A stretch of DNA of 55,249 bases, taken from the IMG/VR virus record IMGVR_UViG_3300017702_000602, positions 1 to 55,249 of that record; one strand, 5' to 3'. The stretch is from a virus (lineage: Duplodnaviria > Caudoviricetes). Shown here one piece after another: positions 35,909 to 45,275 of this stretch (positions are counted from its first letter, which is position 1; every line of letters starts with the position of its first letter). A program made the translations under genes and the position numbers. The notes under the pieces are model-generated. The model made no database searches. It was not told the origin of the DNA and worked only from the letters and a program-made list of their open reading frames with translations.

Positions 35909-36753
35909 TTACTTTCCCAGATCTCCCAAAGTATTCAGCCAAAGCCACACATATTCTATGGGAGCCGGTCATGGGCTCCGGAGAACGCATCACAGCAGCT
36001 GTTGCCTTGGTTGATAAGAGCAGTAATGCAAGGGTAATAAATTTATTAAACCCGGAAGTACTTTCTGTTCTATATAGGTCACAAGGAAGCAATGCCGATA
36101 GCCTGATTAGTCTTGTTTCCCAAAGTCTCAAAGATTTTCTAAAGGATTCATATGACATTTCACTCTGGTCTCCACCAGTCTCGGGCTTTTTTGCAGAGCC
36201 CTTGAGAGAGTTTGTTGGACAGAGTGCAGAAGATGTCATTGATCAGGTGGCAGGCCTACACTCAAGCCTTTACAAAGCGAAACCCCCTCAAGCTCATCCG
36301 CGTGTGGCATCACGGTCAGATCACGAGATACAAGTTAAAGTAAGAAATGCCGCAAAACATAGAATAGGCCTAAGGGCAGACGATATTTTTACGCCAAATG
36401 GAATTGTTGAAGTTAGAGATAGTGGACGTATTCATCACCTCAACATACCAGTCAAAACCACAGAAAAAGTAGGCAGTATTATTTCTGCCTGGTTTAGCAC
36501 ACCCCAGACTATTGAGAAGCACTTTCTTAAAGCCCAGAGCGACTTGGATGTAGCTTCAGAACGTGGAAGGTTTGGACGGGGAATGTTTATATCTCTGCCC
36601 TCACAAGATACAGAGATGAAAAGTCGAATAGGCATTGAAAATCAGATTGATGAAATTCACTGGCGCCTTGATCGTATTGGATGCTTTCTGGAGGTTCGTG
36701 ACACCCCAGAAGCTCTTGCAGATGAAATTATCAACTGGGCTTCACATTCCTAA
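35905..36753 (+). CDS. Kinase partner, DUF3037-like N-terminus
   Basis: WEP..GSGERITAAV; overlaps the kinase stop (ATGA); low GC. Confidence 0.65.
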   Translation: MITFPDLPKYSAKATHILWEPVMGSGERITAAVALVDKSSNARVINLLNPEVLSVLYRSQGSNADSLISLVSQSLKDFLKDSYDISLWSPPVSGFFAEPLREFVGQSAEDVIDQVAGLHSSLYKAKPPQAHPRVASRSDHEIQVKVRNAAKHRIGLRADDIFTPNGIVEVRDSGRIHHLNIPVKTTEKVGSIISAWFSTPQTIEKHFLKAQSDLDVASERGRFGRGMFISLPSQDTEMKSRIGIENQIDEIHWRLDRIGCFLEVRDTPEALADEIINWASHS

Positions 36754-36815
36754 TTAAAGCCCGCTTCGGCGGCCTTTTCTGTGTATGGACCCTCTAGGCT
36801 AGGTTAAATAGGCAC

Positions 36816-36842
36816 AAAAAAGCCCGCATATAGCGGGCTTTT
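36816..36842. terminator. Bidirectional terminator between the convergent cargo operons
   Basis: aaaaaagcccgc-atata-gcgggctttt. Confidence 0.85.
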
Positions 36843-36855
36843 CTTTGCTTTAGAG

Positions 36856-37206
36856 TTATGCGCAGTTTGCGACTTCAGAGGCCTGGTGGTTCTCTGGGAC
36901 CGTTTTATTTTTTGCCTCAAGCTCAGAATGCGCCTCGCGGAGAATGCGCTTTTTCTCAGCTTCAACAAACCGACGCAGAACCTGCTTCATCAGGGGCTGG
37001 TATCCCACCCCGTGAAAGTCGGCAACCAATTTTAGCTCTTCAAGAAGATCTGGCTGCATGCGAATAGAAATAGTCTTCAGCCCAACGGCCTTGGCCACTT
37101 GCTCTACACTAAGGTCCGCTTTTTTGGCGCTAGCTTCGTCCAAGCCGAGAGATCCTTCTTCCCATGCTTCCGCAGTGCCTTCAATGGTCCTTTTACGTGC
37201 GCTCAT
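36856..37206 (-). CDS. BrnA/CopG-like antitoxin
   Basis: AWEEGSLG and ISIRM...L...K..A...GVGYQPLMK..L ribbon-helix-helix motif. Confidence 0.8.
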   Translation of the reverse strand: MSARKRTIEGTAEAWEEGSLGLDEASAKKADLSVEQVAKAVGLKTISIRMQPDLLEELKLVADFHGVGYQPLMKQVLRRFVEAEKKRILREAHSELEAKNKTVPENHQASEVANCA

Positions 37207-37239
37207 GCCTTGCACCCCTTTCCATTTCATAATAGATAA

Positions 37240-37536
37240 TCAGCTTGCCAGTTTGCGATACAGGTTTTGACGCTCTGGCGTTGCATCAAAAGCCGTTTTC
37301 AAAACAACTTGCCCATCAATAAACATAAAGGCCACGAATAAGTGCCGACCTTTATCTGTTTGCTCGACAAACCAATATGTTGGGGGGTTAGTCTTATGCG
37401 ACTCTCTGGTGTCCTCTAGATAGCCAAGAGTTACGTTTGCCAAGCACTCTGCCACCTCAAAGCACTCAACATTGTGCTTTACCAGCAGCTTTCTTTTTAT
37501 GCTTTCGTCTATGTGAAGGTCTATCCCTGTCCCCAC
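37240..37536 (-). CDS. BrnT-like (RelE-fold) toxin
   Basis: KL..KH.V...EV.EC..N...ED.RE.H.T.PPT.WF...T..GR.L...KTA; upstream of the antitoxin. Confidence 0.75.
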   Translation of the reverse strand: MGTGIDLHIDESIKRKLLVKHNVECFEVAECLANVTLGYLEDTRESHKTNPPTYWFVEQTDKGRHLFVAFMFIDGQVVLKTAFDATPERQNLYRKLAS

Positions 37537-37880
37537 AACGCTGAACTCCTAGTCTCTGTATATACGACTTTACCCCATAAGTGACGCGCACTGTATATAC
37601 GGGAGGCCAATTTTGCAAGATTAGACGACAAAGTTACACATTCCGCCGCCAGGCGGGCCTGCCGCCTGTTGATTCGAGCCTTCGCTATGCCTGGGATGGC
37701 CAGTATTGTTCTAGAACAACCCTCCCCTACCAGGCACACCCTCCGCACAGAGTTCGCTAGCGAACTTTATCCAGAACACAGATATTCCGGGCCCGTCGGC
37801 TTCGACTCAGATATTTGAGCTTTGTTCCGCTCCTCCCCAACCGGTCATTTTGGGCCTACTTTATATTTCTAATATTTTTT

Positions 37881-37922
37881 ATGAGTTATCTCATTGACAC
37901 CACTTATGAGATTTCTCATACT
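37881..37922 (+). promoter_or_regulatory. PL promoter with OL operators (37881-37894, 37906-37919)
   Basis: TTGACA-17bp-CATACT overlapped by two ATGAG-N4-CTCAT sites. Confidence 0.92.
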
Positions 37923-37978
37923 GGCCTCACGTTACTCAAACAACACGACAACAACAGCGCGGATCCAAGGAGACAGAC

Positions 37979-38257
37979 ATGAACGAACTTATGACCATTG
38001 AGCGCCTGACAGGCACTGCCGTGCTGGAAGCAAGCGCGTTGTGCAATCCGAATGTAGACCGCCGCGCTGCCGAAAAAATAGAAGGTGAATGGCGTGGTCG
38101 GTGGCTGCTGGCTCTCCACCTCTGCGGACACGGCCACCCCGTCACCCTGATCTGCTACCGAGGGCAGACGCTTATTACCGCAGCCATCAACAACCTATTT
38201 GGTCTTCCTACCCCGATGCCTGCGGATTTAATGATCTATCCCCAGGAGGCTGCATGA
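37979..38257 (+). CDS. First PL gene, hypothetical
   Basis: AAGGAG RBS. Confidence 0.7.
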   Translation: MNELMTIERLTGTAVLEASALCNPNVDRRAAEKIEGEWRGRWLLALHLCGHGHPVTLICYRGQTLITAAINNLFGLPTPMPADLMIYPQEAA

Positions 38258-38436
38258 AAGAGACGGCCCCTTTCGCCAAGCGCATGGAGCGCCAGCGTAT
38301 TCAGGAGCAGACAGAGGCCTTCCTGGCTGCCGGCGGCTCCATTCGCAAGTTCGGCGTAACCAGCAGCGTCACCGGCAAAAGCAGCTTCACCTCTATCAAC
38401 AAGCGCAAGAAAGCAGCTGAAGGAGCAGACGCATGA
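38254..38436 (+). CDS. SutA-like RNA polymerase-binding small protein
   Basis: ERQRIQEQTEAFLAAGGSI resembles the SutA core as recalled; AGGAGG RBS. Confidence 0.6.
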   Translation: MKETAPFAKRMERQRIQEQTEAFLAAGGSIRKFGVTSSVTGKSSFTSINKRKKAAEGADA

Positions 38437-38594
38437 GCCTGGTCACCCGAGTCCCAGATAACGCCGTTGGCCGACAACTGCTGGCAGATGCCCATGAAGC
38501 ACGCGAGCGAAACATTCAGGAAGCAGCCCGCCGGGCGCGCCACCCGAATCGCTTCCACCGCTTCTGGAAACAGTTAACAGAACGACAGCGCTGA
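38433..38594 (+). CDS. Small Arg-rich protein (53 aa)
   Basis: AAGGAG RBS; MSLVTRVPDNAVGRQLL... Confidence 0.6.
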   Translation: MSLVTRVPDNAVGRQLLADAHEARERNIQEAARRARHPNRFHRFWKQLTERQR

Positions 38595-38607
38595 TCTGTT
38601 GTTTCAC

Positions 38608-38627
38608 GGGGCTTCCCGCCCCTTTTT
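38608..38627 (+). terminator. tL-like terminator
   Basis: ggggc-ttccc-gcccc-ttttt. Confidence 0.55.
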
Positions 38628-38642
38628 CTTCAGGAGGTAGTC

Positions 38643-39947
38643 ATGAGCGACATGATTATTCGCAGCTCACAATCAGGTCTGGCCATTAACAATGGCCCTT
38701 CTGTCCTGGGTGAGAATGCCGCCCGCATCCCTGTGGGCGGCAAGATCCGCTCTGGCATCAAGGTGCTCACCGGCGCTGCCAAGCAGCACCAGAATGCCCA
38801 AAGCATCTATGACGCGGGTGTTGCTGTTGGTTCCCCGTGGGACCGCATTGAGCAGGCACTGGTGCAGCAGTGCGGCTTCACCAAGTCACCGCTGATGCCC
38901 AAGAACGTCCCGTACTTCACCGTTCGCCGCTCTGATTTCAAGGTTCCCGATGTAGCAGATCGCATCATGGAGCTTTATGGCGAAGAGGTAGACGGAGAGC
39001 TTCGCTTGACCCGCTTCCCGGTGATCTTCGCCACGGATAGCTGGCAGGCCAACATGCCTCACGCGCTGAAGTCTTACACCCGCAGCCAGCTGCAGTTCTG
39101 GTCTGATTATGACGCCGAAGGAAACCGTCACTGCTACACCAAGCAAGGTGTTCAGGTTGGCGGCCAGGGCCAGAACCGACGAGCTCACCGCCCCTTTGGC
39201 GGCCGGCCAGTAATCCCCCGGAAAGACAACGGTGGTATTTGCGATCCGGACAACTGCCCGGAATACCAAAACCGTAAGTGCACCCTGAGCGGCTCCCTGC
39301 TGTTCTTCATTCCTGGGGTACCTGGCTCATCGGCTATCGAACTGCCGACCACCAGCTTTTACTCCCTGCAGCAGGCCCGCCAGAAGATGGAAATGGTTTC
39401 CTATCTGCGCGGCGGACGCATCAGCGGCACTCATGAGGGTATGCCGATCTTCTACCTGACCAAGGCGGAAGAAGAGGTCTCCATGATCGATCCGAAAACC
39501 GGGGAGCCGCGCCGGGTTAAACAGTTCCTGGTAACCCTCGAGGCCGACATCGACATGTTGCAGGTGTTCAAAGCTGCCGAGCAGCGCCAGCTGACCGCTG
39601 GTGAAGCCGGCGGCAATGCAGCGGCAGCCCTCACCCTGAACAAAGACCTTCCTGAAGACGATCTGCCCGGCGGCGAAGAGCAAGAACCGGAATTCGATGA
39701 CCTGCCGCCGGCAGAAACGAATGAGCGAGAGCAGATCGCCCAGCTTCGCCAGGACGTGGCCGACAAGCTGGAGCTGACCGAAATAGCCCCGGCCGCCTTC
39801 TCTGAATGGATGGTGAAGCGCACAGGAAACAAGGACTGGGGCAAGACCCTTGCCGACATCACTGATGCCAACGAAGCCCTGGCCGAAGGGCTGGAAACCG
39901 GCATCACCGAATGGAAAGAACAACAGGGTCTCGACACCCCGTTTTAA
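38643..39947 (+). CDS. Gp3/recombination-directionality-factor-like recombination protein
   Basis: GKIRSGIK N-terminus, C...CP.....C...G.L.F.IP...L.TTS..S, acidic tail ending DTPF; precedes sbcD. Confidence 0.55.
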   Translation: MSDMIIRSSQSGLAINNGPSVLGENAARIPVGGKIRSGIKVLTGAAKQHQNAQSIYDAGVAVGSPWDRIEQALVQQCGFTKSPLMPKNVPYFTVRRSDFKVPDVADRIMELYGEEVDGELRLTRFPVIFATDSWQANMPHALKSYTRSQLQFWSDYDAEGNRHCYTKQGVQVGGQGQNRRAHRPFGGRPVIPRKDNGGICDPDNCPEYQNRKCTLSGSLLFFIPGVPGSSAIELPTTSFYSLQQARQKMEMVSYLRGGRISGTHEGMPIFYLTKAEEEVSMIDPKTGEPRRVKQFLVTLEADIDMLQVFKAAEQRQLTAGEAGGNAAAALTLNKDLPEDDLPGGEEQEPEFDDLPPAETNEREQIAQLRQDVADKLELTEIAPAAFSEWMVKRTGNKDWGKTLADITDANEALAEGLETGITEWKEQQGLDTPF

Positions 39948-39961
39948 TAAGGAGATACGCC

Positions 39962-41200
39962 ATGCATGCCATCAAAGTGGCTCACGCCAGTGACATCCAT
40001 TATTGCCAAAAACATTTGTCCTGGGTGGATAAGGCCATGACCACCTTCGTGGAAGGTGCGATTGAAAGCGGGGCTGACTGCGCCATTCTCAGCGGTGATA
40101 GCTTCGACCATCAGGTTCACACTCATGAACCTGCCGTTCATGCCTTCCTGCGTCAGGTTCGCCATTTGGCTGACCATATGCCGGTACTGGTATTGCAGGG
40201 CACCTTCAGCCACGACCGTCCCGGCAGCTTGGATGTGCTGCGTACCCTGGGCGGCAAGCACCCCGTTTATGTGGCTGACCGTATCTGCCAGGTGATGCTG
40301 GTCGGCGGCACCTGGGTTGATTCCCGGGAATACCGTTTTGAATGCCCCCTTCAGGGCGCTCTTAGCGACAAACCGAAACTCCTTGTTTCGTGTCTGCCCA
40401 GCATTAACAAGGGCCAGTTCAAGGCCGTTGTTCAAGATGGCGACACGCCGGCGGAGCTTATCGAAAAGGTATGCCTGGGTTGGGCAGATACCAACCTGAA
40501 GGCTCGCTCAGAAGGTATTCCCACGGTGCTCACCACCCACGGCACCGTGAACGGGTCCGTCACCGAGTCCCGCTATGCCATGGTCAGCCCGGATCATGAA
40601 TTCACCCCGGGCGCCCTTTTCTCTGCCCAGGCATCAGCCGTCATGGTCGGCCATATCCATGCTCACAACGCATGGGATCACGAAGGCCGACGGATCGCCT
40701 ACCCGGGCAGCCTGACCCGCCTAATTCATGGCCACCACGATGACACCGGCTGGCTGGAGTGGACTGTTGCCGCTGATGCCAGTGACTTCGCGTTCAACAA
40801 AACCCCTGCTCGCAACCTGATCGACATCACCTTTGATGGCCCTCCAGACATGGCCAAGTTGAGTGAATTCGCCGCCAGCGGCGAGTGCGACGGGGCCTAT
40901 GTGCGCGTGCGCTGGTCCATTGATGAAGAGCACCGAAACAGCGTGGATCCAGCCGCAATGCGCGAAGCCCTGCACATGGCATGCGAGGTCAAGCTGGAAG
41001 GCCGCATTAACCCTGTCCAGCGCACCCGCGCCGAAGGCCTGACCCGCAAGGAAAGCCTGAGCGACAAGCTGGCCATGTGGGGCGAAGTTACCGAAACCGG
41101 TACCGACGAACTGCTGGGCCGCCTGGAAGACCTCCAGATTCATACCTCTGATGACCTGATCACCAAATACGCCGGGGAGACTGCCGATGCGACCGCTTAA
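39962..41200 (+). CDS. SbcD/Mre11-like metallophosphoesterase nuclease
   Basis: DIH, GDSFD, GTFSHD, HG, GHIH, YPGSL. Confidence 0.88.
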   Translation: MHAIKVAHASDIHYCQKHLSWVDKAMTTFVEGAIESGADCAILSGDSFDHQVHTHEPAVHAFLRQVRHLADHMPVLVLQGTFSHDRPGSLDVLRTLGGKHPVYVADRICQVMLVGGTWVDSREYRFECPLQGALSDKPKLLVSCLPSINKGQFKAVVQDGDTPAELIEKVCLGWADTNLKARSEGIPTVLTTHGTVNGSVTESRYAMVSPDHEFTPGALFSAQASAVMVGHIHAHNAWDHEGRRIAYPGSLTRLIHGHHDDTGWLEWTVAADASDFAFNKTPARNLIDITFDGPPDMAKLSEFAASGECDGAYVRVRWSIDEEHRNSVDPAAMREALHMACEVKLEGRINPVQRTRAEGLTRKESLSDKLAMWGEVTETGTDELLGRLEDLQIHTSDDLITKYAGETADATA

Positions 41201-43670
41201 ACTGAACCTGAAAGGCTTCAAAGGCATTCAGGCAGGCATGAGCCTGTACGAATTCGAGCTGGATCTGGAGAAGGAAGCCGGTGACGCGCAGCTGGTGGCG
41301 ATTGTGGCGCCGAATGGCCGCGGCAAAACCACCGTTCTGGATAACCTCCAACCCTTCCGCCTGATGCCCTCCAAGCTGGGCACCAGCACCAGTTATAGCC
41401 CGGATGCCTTCAGCTTCTTCGATCACCTGGTTGGCCCTGGTGATGCAGCAAAGGAATTGATCTGGGAGCACCAGGGCAACCGGTACCGGTCCCTGCTCGA
41501 GTGGAAGTTGCGCGAGAAGACCCAGAGTACTGCCGCATACCTGCAGGTAATGAACGATGCCGGCGACTGGGAACCGGTGACCCTGCCAGACGGCACCAGC
41601 TCCGATGGCAAGGCCAAGACCTATGACCGCTGTGTTGAAGGTGTGCTGGGCTCCCCCCGCCTCTACTTCACTGCGGCATTCAGTGCCCAGGGCCGCAGCC
41701 AGCTTTCCAGCTACTCCCATGGCGACATCAAATCCCTGATGTCCGAGGTGCTACAGCTCAACACCATTCAGGAGCTGGGCGACAAGGCCGGCGAAGTGGT
41801 GAAGGGGCTCAAGGCCAAACTGAAAGACAATCGGGACATCTTGGCCAGCCTGGATGAGAAGCAGACCTATGCCAACGAACTGAAGGGCCGTATCGCCACG
41901 CTGGAGGCCGAAGCCGAGCAGCTGGCCAAGGATGCGGACACTCATCGCGACGATGCCAAGCGCGAAGCGATGGCCGTGGCAGAAATGGAGAAGGAACAGC
42001 AGGACGCCGAAGCCCTGCGGATCCGCCGGCAGGATGTCATGGGGCGCATCGACGCTGCCAAAGCAGACTATGAGGCCCTGATGCAGTCCATCCGCCAAGA
42101 TGAAGCGGAGCTGGACAACCAGGAGCAGCGAACCCTTTCCCAGCATGATCAGGAAAAGGCCCGTCATCGCCAAAGCATTGAGCGCCTGAATCAACAGATC
42201 GCCCAAGCAGACCAAGTACTGAACCAGCGTGAAACCATCCAGCAGGCTGAGACTGCCATCCCCAATCTGCGGCTGAATCTGGCTGACGCCGAGATGTATG
42301 TGGATTCCGCTCGCCTCAAGGCCAGCGACGCTACCAGCGCCCGCAACGAGCTGCACCAGGTGGATCGCACACTGGGTGAGCTGATCTCTGCCGGAGAGCG
42401 CGCGCGCCGGCACAAAACCGAGCTGGAAACCCGTTGTGCGCTGACTGATGAGGTTCCTTGCCAGGGCACTGACATGCAGGGCCGCTGCAAGCTGCTCAGC
42501 GAAGCACTGGAGGCCAAGGGCCGTCTGCCTGAAGCCGAGCAGGAGCTGGAGGGCAAAGGCGAAGAATACCGACAGCTGAAGGCCAAGCGTGATGAATTGG
42601 CCGCGAAAGTCGACGGTCTGGCCAGTGCCGAGAAAGAGCTCTCTGACACTCAGGCCGATCTGGCTCAGGCCCGCTCAGAGCTGGAGCAAGCCGAGCGCCT
42701 GGCTGCCCGTGTCGGCGAGCTGGAACAGGCAGACCAGAACAAATCCCGGGCCCAGGAAGATCTGGAACAGGCTCAATCACTGCTGGAAGCCAAGGAAACC
42801 GAAACACAGGCCGCCCATGCCGAGTTTGCGACCCGCCGAAACACCCTGAATGACCGCAAGCAGGCAGCTCTTGATAAGCATGATGCTACCCAGAAGGCAC
42901 TGGATGAAGAGCTGGCCCGAATCCCGGTACCGGGCGATCAATCCGCGCTGGAAGCTGCCCGCGCCCGCTTGAAAGCCAATGAGAATTACGAACAGCAAGC
43001 ACGGGAAAAGCTGGATTCTGCCCGTGGCAGCATCGCCCACAGCCAGGGCCAGCTGGCCGCCATGCAGGAAGAACTTGGCAAGGGTGATGACCTCAAAGCC
43101 AACAGTCAGCATCTGGAAGCCGAGATTGCCCACTGGCTGAGCCTGCAAACCGCGCTGGGCCGTGACGGGATTCTGGCGCTGTCCATCGATGACGCCGGCC
43201 CCACCCTCTCCTCTCTGACCAATGATCTGCTGATGTCCTGCTACGGGCCGCGCTTCTCTGTCCGGATCGACACCCAGGCGGAAGTGAAAAGCACCGGAGC
43301 CCAGAAGGAAACCTTCGACATCGTGGTTCTGGATGCCGACACCGATGAATCCAAATCGGTCCGGGAAATGTCCGGCGGTGAGCGCATCTGGATCAATGAA
43401 GCCCTGACCCGGGCGATAGCTCTGTACCAGGCTCAGCAGTCAGGACAGGTCTACCACACCCTCTTCAGCGACGAATCAGACGGGGCGCTGGATCCCCAGA
43501 AGAAAGAGCAGTTCGTCCGCATGAAGCGCCGGGTGCTGGAGCTGGGCGGGTATGACCGTGAGTTCTTTATCTCCCACTCCCCGGATGTGTGGCCCCTGGC
43601 AGATGCGGTGATTCATCTGGGGGACGACATTGCTGAAGCGCCTGCTGAACAAAGCCGAGAGGTGGCGTGA
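41187..43670 (+). CDS. SbcC/Rad50-like SMC ATPase
   Basis: NGRGKTT Walker A, Q-loop SAQ, long coiled-coil, MSGGE signature, SDESDGALD, ISH. Confidence 0.92.
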   Translation: MRPLKLNLKGFKGIQAGMSLYEFELDLEKEAGDAQLVAIVAPNGRGKTTVLDNLQPFRLMPSKLGTSTSYSPDAFSFFDHLVGPGDAAKELIWEHQGNRYRSLLEWKLREKTQSTAAYLQVMNDAGDWEPVTLPDGTSSDGKAKTYDRCVEGVLGSPRLYFTAAFSAQGRSQLSSYSHGDIKSLMSEVLQLNTIQELGDKAGEVVKGLKAKLKDNRDILASLDEKQTYANELKGRIATLEAEAEQLAKDADTHRDDAKREAMAVAEMEKEQQDAEALRIRRQDVMGRIDAAKADYEALMQSIRQDEAELDNQEQRTLSQHDQEKARHRQSIERLNQQIAQADQVLNQRETIQQAETAIPNLRLNLADAEMYVDSARLKASDATSARNELHQVDRTLGELISAGERARRHKTELETRCALTDEVPCQGTDMQGRCKLLSEALEAKGRLPEAEQELEGKGEEYRQLKAKRDELAAKVDGLASAEKELSDTQADLAQARSELEQAERLAARVGELEQADQNKSRAQEDLEQAQSLLEAKETETQAAHAEFATRRNTLNDRKQAALDKHDATQKALDEELARIPVPGDQSALEAARARLKANENYEQQAREKLDSARGSIAHSQGQLAAMQEELGKGDDLKANSQHLEAEIAHWLSLQTALGRDGILALSIDDAGPTLSSLTNDLLMSCYGPRFSVRIDTQAEVKSTGAQKETFDIVVLDADTDESKSVREMSGGERIWINEALTRAIALYQAQQSGQVYHTLFSDESDGALDPQKKEQFVRMKRRVLELGGYDREFFISHSPDVWPLADAVIHLGDDIAEAPAEQSREVA

Positions 43671-43969
43671 TGAAGCCCCTTGTCCCCCTGCTGGTCCTAG
43701 CCCCCTGCCTCGCAATGGCTGAGCCAACGCTCTACCTCCAGGGCGGGCTGGGCTACCAGATCGGCATGACAGAACGCTGGACCTACGAAGGCGAGCGACG
43801 CAAGAGCGTCCACAAGATGGACCTGCCCGACACCGTTGGCTCTTTCGTCGCCGGCGTGGAGTACCGCGGCTTTCTGATCGAAGCCCAGCACGTCAGCTCA
43901 ATCGAAACCGGTAAAGACCACGGATTCAACGTGGTCACCGCCGGGTACCGCTGGGAATTCAGCTTCTAA
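43670..43969 (+). CDS. Small secreted beta-stranded outer-membrane protein
   Basis: Signal peptide ending AMA; amphipathic strands; C-terminal YRWEFSF. Confidence 0.65.
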   Translation: MKPLVPLLVLAPCLAMAEPTLYLQGGLGYQIGMTERWTYEGERRKSVHKMDLPDTVGSFVAGVEYRGFLIEAQHVSSIETGKDHGFNVVTAGYRWEFSF

Positions 43970-43988
43970 AAGGGCGCAATCGGAGGCA

Positions 43989-44654
43989 GTGGTGATGTGT
44001 GCAATAAGACGTGAGTGGCAACCAGAGGAAGACCGGCTAATAGAAGAATACTACCCGGATCTGCCGGCGAAGGATGTGGCCGCCATGCTCGACCGATCAA
44101 CCTCTTCGGTCTACAGCCGCGCCAATTTCCTTGGCGTGAAGAAATCCGAGGAGTTCAAAAACAGCGCCGCTTCAGGCCGGACTGGCCATGACAACAGAGG
44201 TGCTAATAGCCGATTCCGGAAAGATGCTGAGCCCTGGAACAAGGGACAGCATTTCTCCGCCGGCGGACGGTCAACCCAGACCCAGTTCAAGAAGGGTGAG
44301 CGGCCACACACCTGGGTACCCATTGGTACTGAGACCATTCACAAAGGTGGCTATCTGAAGCGGAAAGTCCGTGATGACGCCCCGAAAGGAATGAGCCGGC
44401 TCAACTGGGAATTCGTTCATGTGCTTCTCTGGGAAGAGCATCGCGGCCCTGTTCCTGACGGTCATGTGGTGATCTTCAAAAACGGCAACAACAAAGACAT
44501 CCGCATTGAAAACCTCGAGCTAGTAAGCCGCGGGAAGCTGATGAAGAAGAACACCATCCACCGGTACCCGACCGAAGTGAAACAGGCGATCAGAACTGTC
44601 GGGAAGCTGAAGAGAGTCATTCAGGAGAAATCAGATGAAAAACAGCATGGATGA
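43989..44654 (+). CDS. HNH endonuclease with N-terminal DNA-binding helix bundle
   Basis: H...WEEHRGPVPDGH...F.NGN......ENL. Confidence 0.85.
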   Translation: MVMCAIRREWQPEEDRLIEEYYPDLPAKDVAAMLDRSTSSVYSRANFLGVKKSEEFKNSAASGRTGHDNRGANSRFRKDAEPWNKGQHFSAGGRSTQTQFKKGERPHTWVPIGTETIHKGGYLKRKVRDDAPKGMSRLNWEFVHVLLWEEHRGPVPDGHVVIFKNGNNKDIRIENLELVSRGKLMKKNTIHRYPTEVKQAIRTVGKLKRVIQEKSDEKQHG

Positions 44655-44877
44655 TCTGCGAAACCACCTTTTCGAGACCATTGAGGGGCTCAAGGACAAG
44701 GAAGACCCCATGGATCTGGAGCGAGCCAAAGCCATCTGTAATGTGAGTCAGCAGCTGGTGGAGACTGCCAAGGTGGAGGTGAAGTTTCTGGAGGTGGCCG
44801 GCATGCACGAAGGTTCCCAGTTCTTGGAAAACAAGAAACCTGAGCTGCCTGGATACCAGGGAGGCAGTAAGCGATGA
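44635..44877 (+). CDS. Hypothetical protein
   Basis: DLRNHLFE..E.L...RAKA...AK.E motif; AGGAG RBS. Confidence 0.7.
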   Translation: MKNSMDDLRNHLFETIEGLKDKEDPMDLERAKAICNVSQQLVETAKVEVKFLEVAGMHEGSQFLENKKPELPGYQGGSKR

Positions 44878-45275
44878 ACCGAGCACAGCGTCGCGCAGCC
44901 AACAAAGCCAATCAGAAACGGTTGCCCAGCCGAATGCAGCCCGTGGGCCGTGAACAGTGGCCCAGCGATTCGGACCCCAGCCGTATAGCGGTATTTGTCA
45001 GCCAAGAATTTATGGCCCAGGTGTTCGCTGAAAGGCCCGGATCACGGGTTTCCGTGAATAGAGTGCAAATCGGGGGCTCTGGATGGAAGGCGGAGATTTC
45101 CTGGGACGAGCTCCAACAGGTTAAGCGCGAAATCGGTATGGGAGACGCATGGGCAGTGGAGATTTTCCCGCCTGATTCTCAGGTAGTGAACGTAGCCAAC
45201 ATGCGTCATCTATGGGTTTACGGCCTGGATGAGGCCCCCGGTTTTGGATGGACAAAAAAGGGAGAAGACCTGTGA
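44874..45275 (+). CDS. Hypothetical protein
   Basis: ISWDELQ.VK...G.GD..AVE.FP....VNVANMRHLW. Confidence 0.7.
   Translation: MNRAQRRAANKANQKRLPSRMQPVGREQWPSDSDPSRIAVFVSQEFMAQVFAERPGSRVSVNRVQIGGSGWKAEISWDELQQVKREIGMGDAWAVEIFPPDSQVVNVANMRHLWVYGLDEAPGFGWTKKGEDL

Noticed and set aside
37521-37748. 75-aa minus-strand ORF upstream of the toxin
   Set aside because: No clear RBS or recognisable motif; probably promoter/leader DNA
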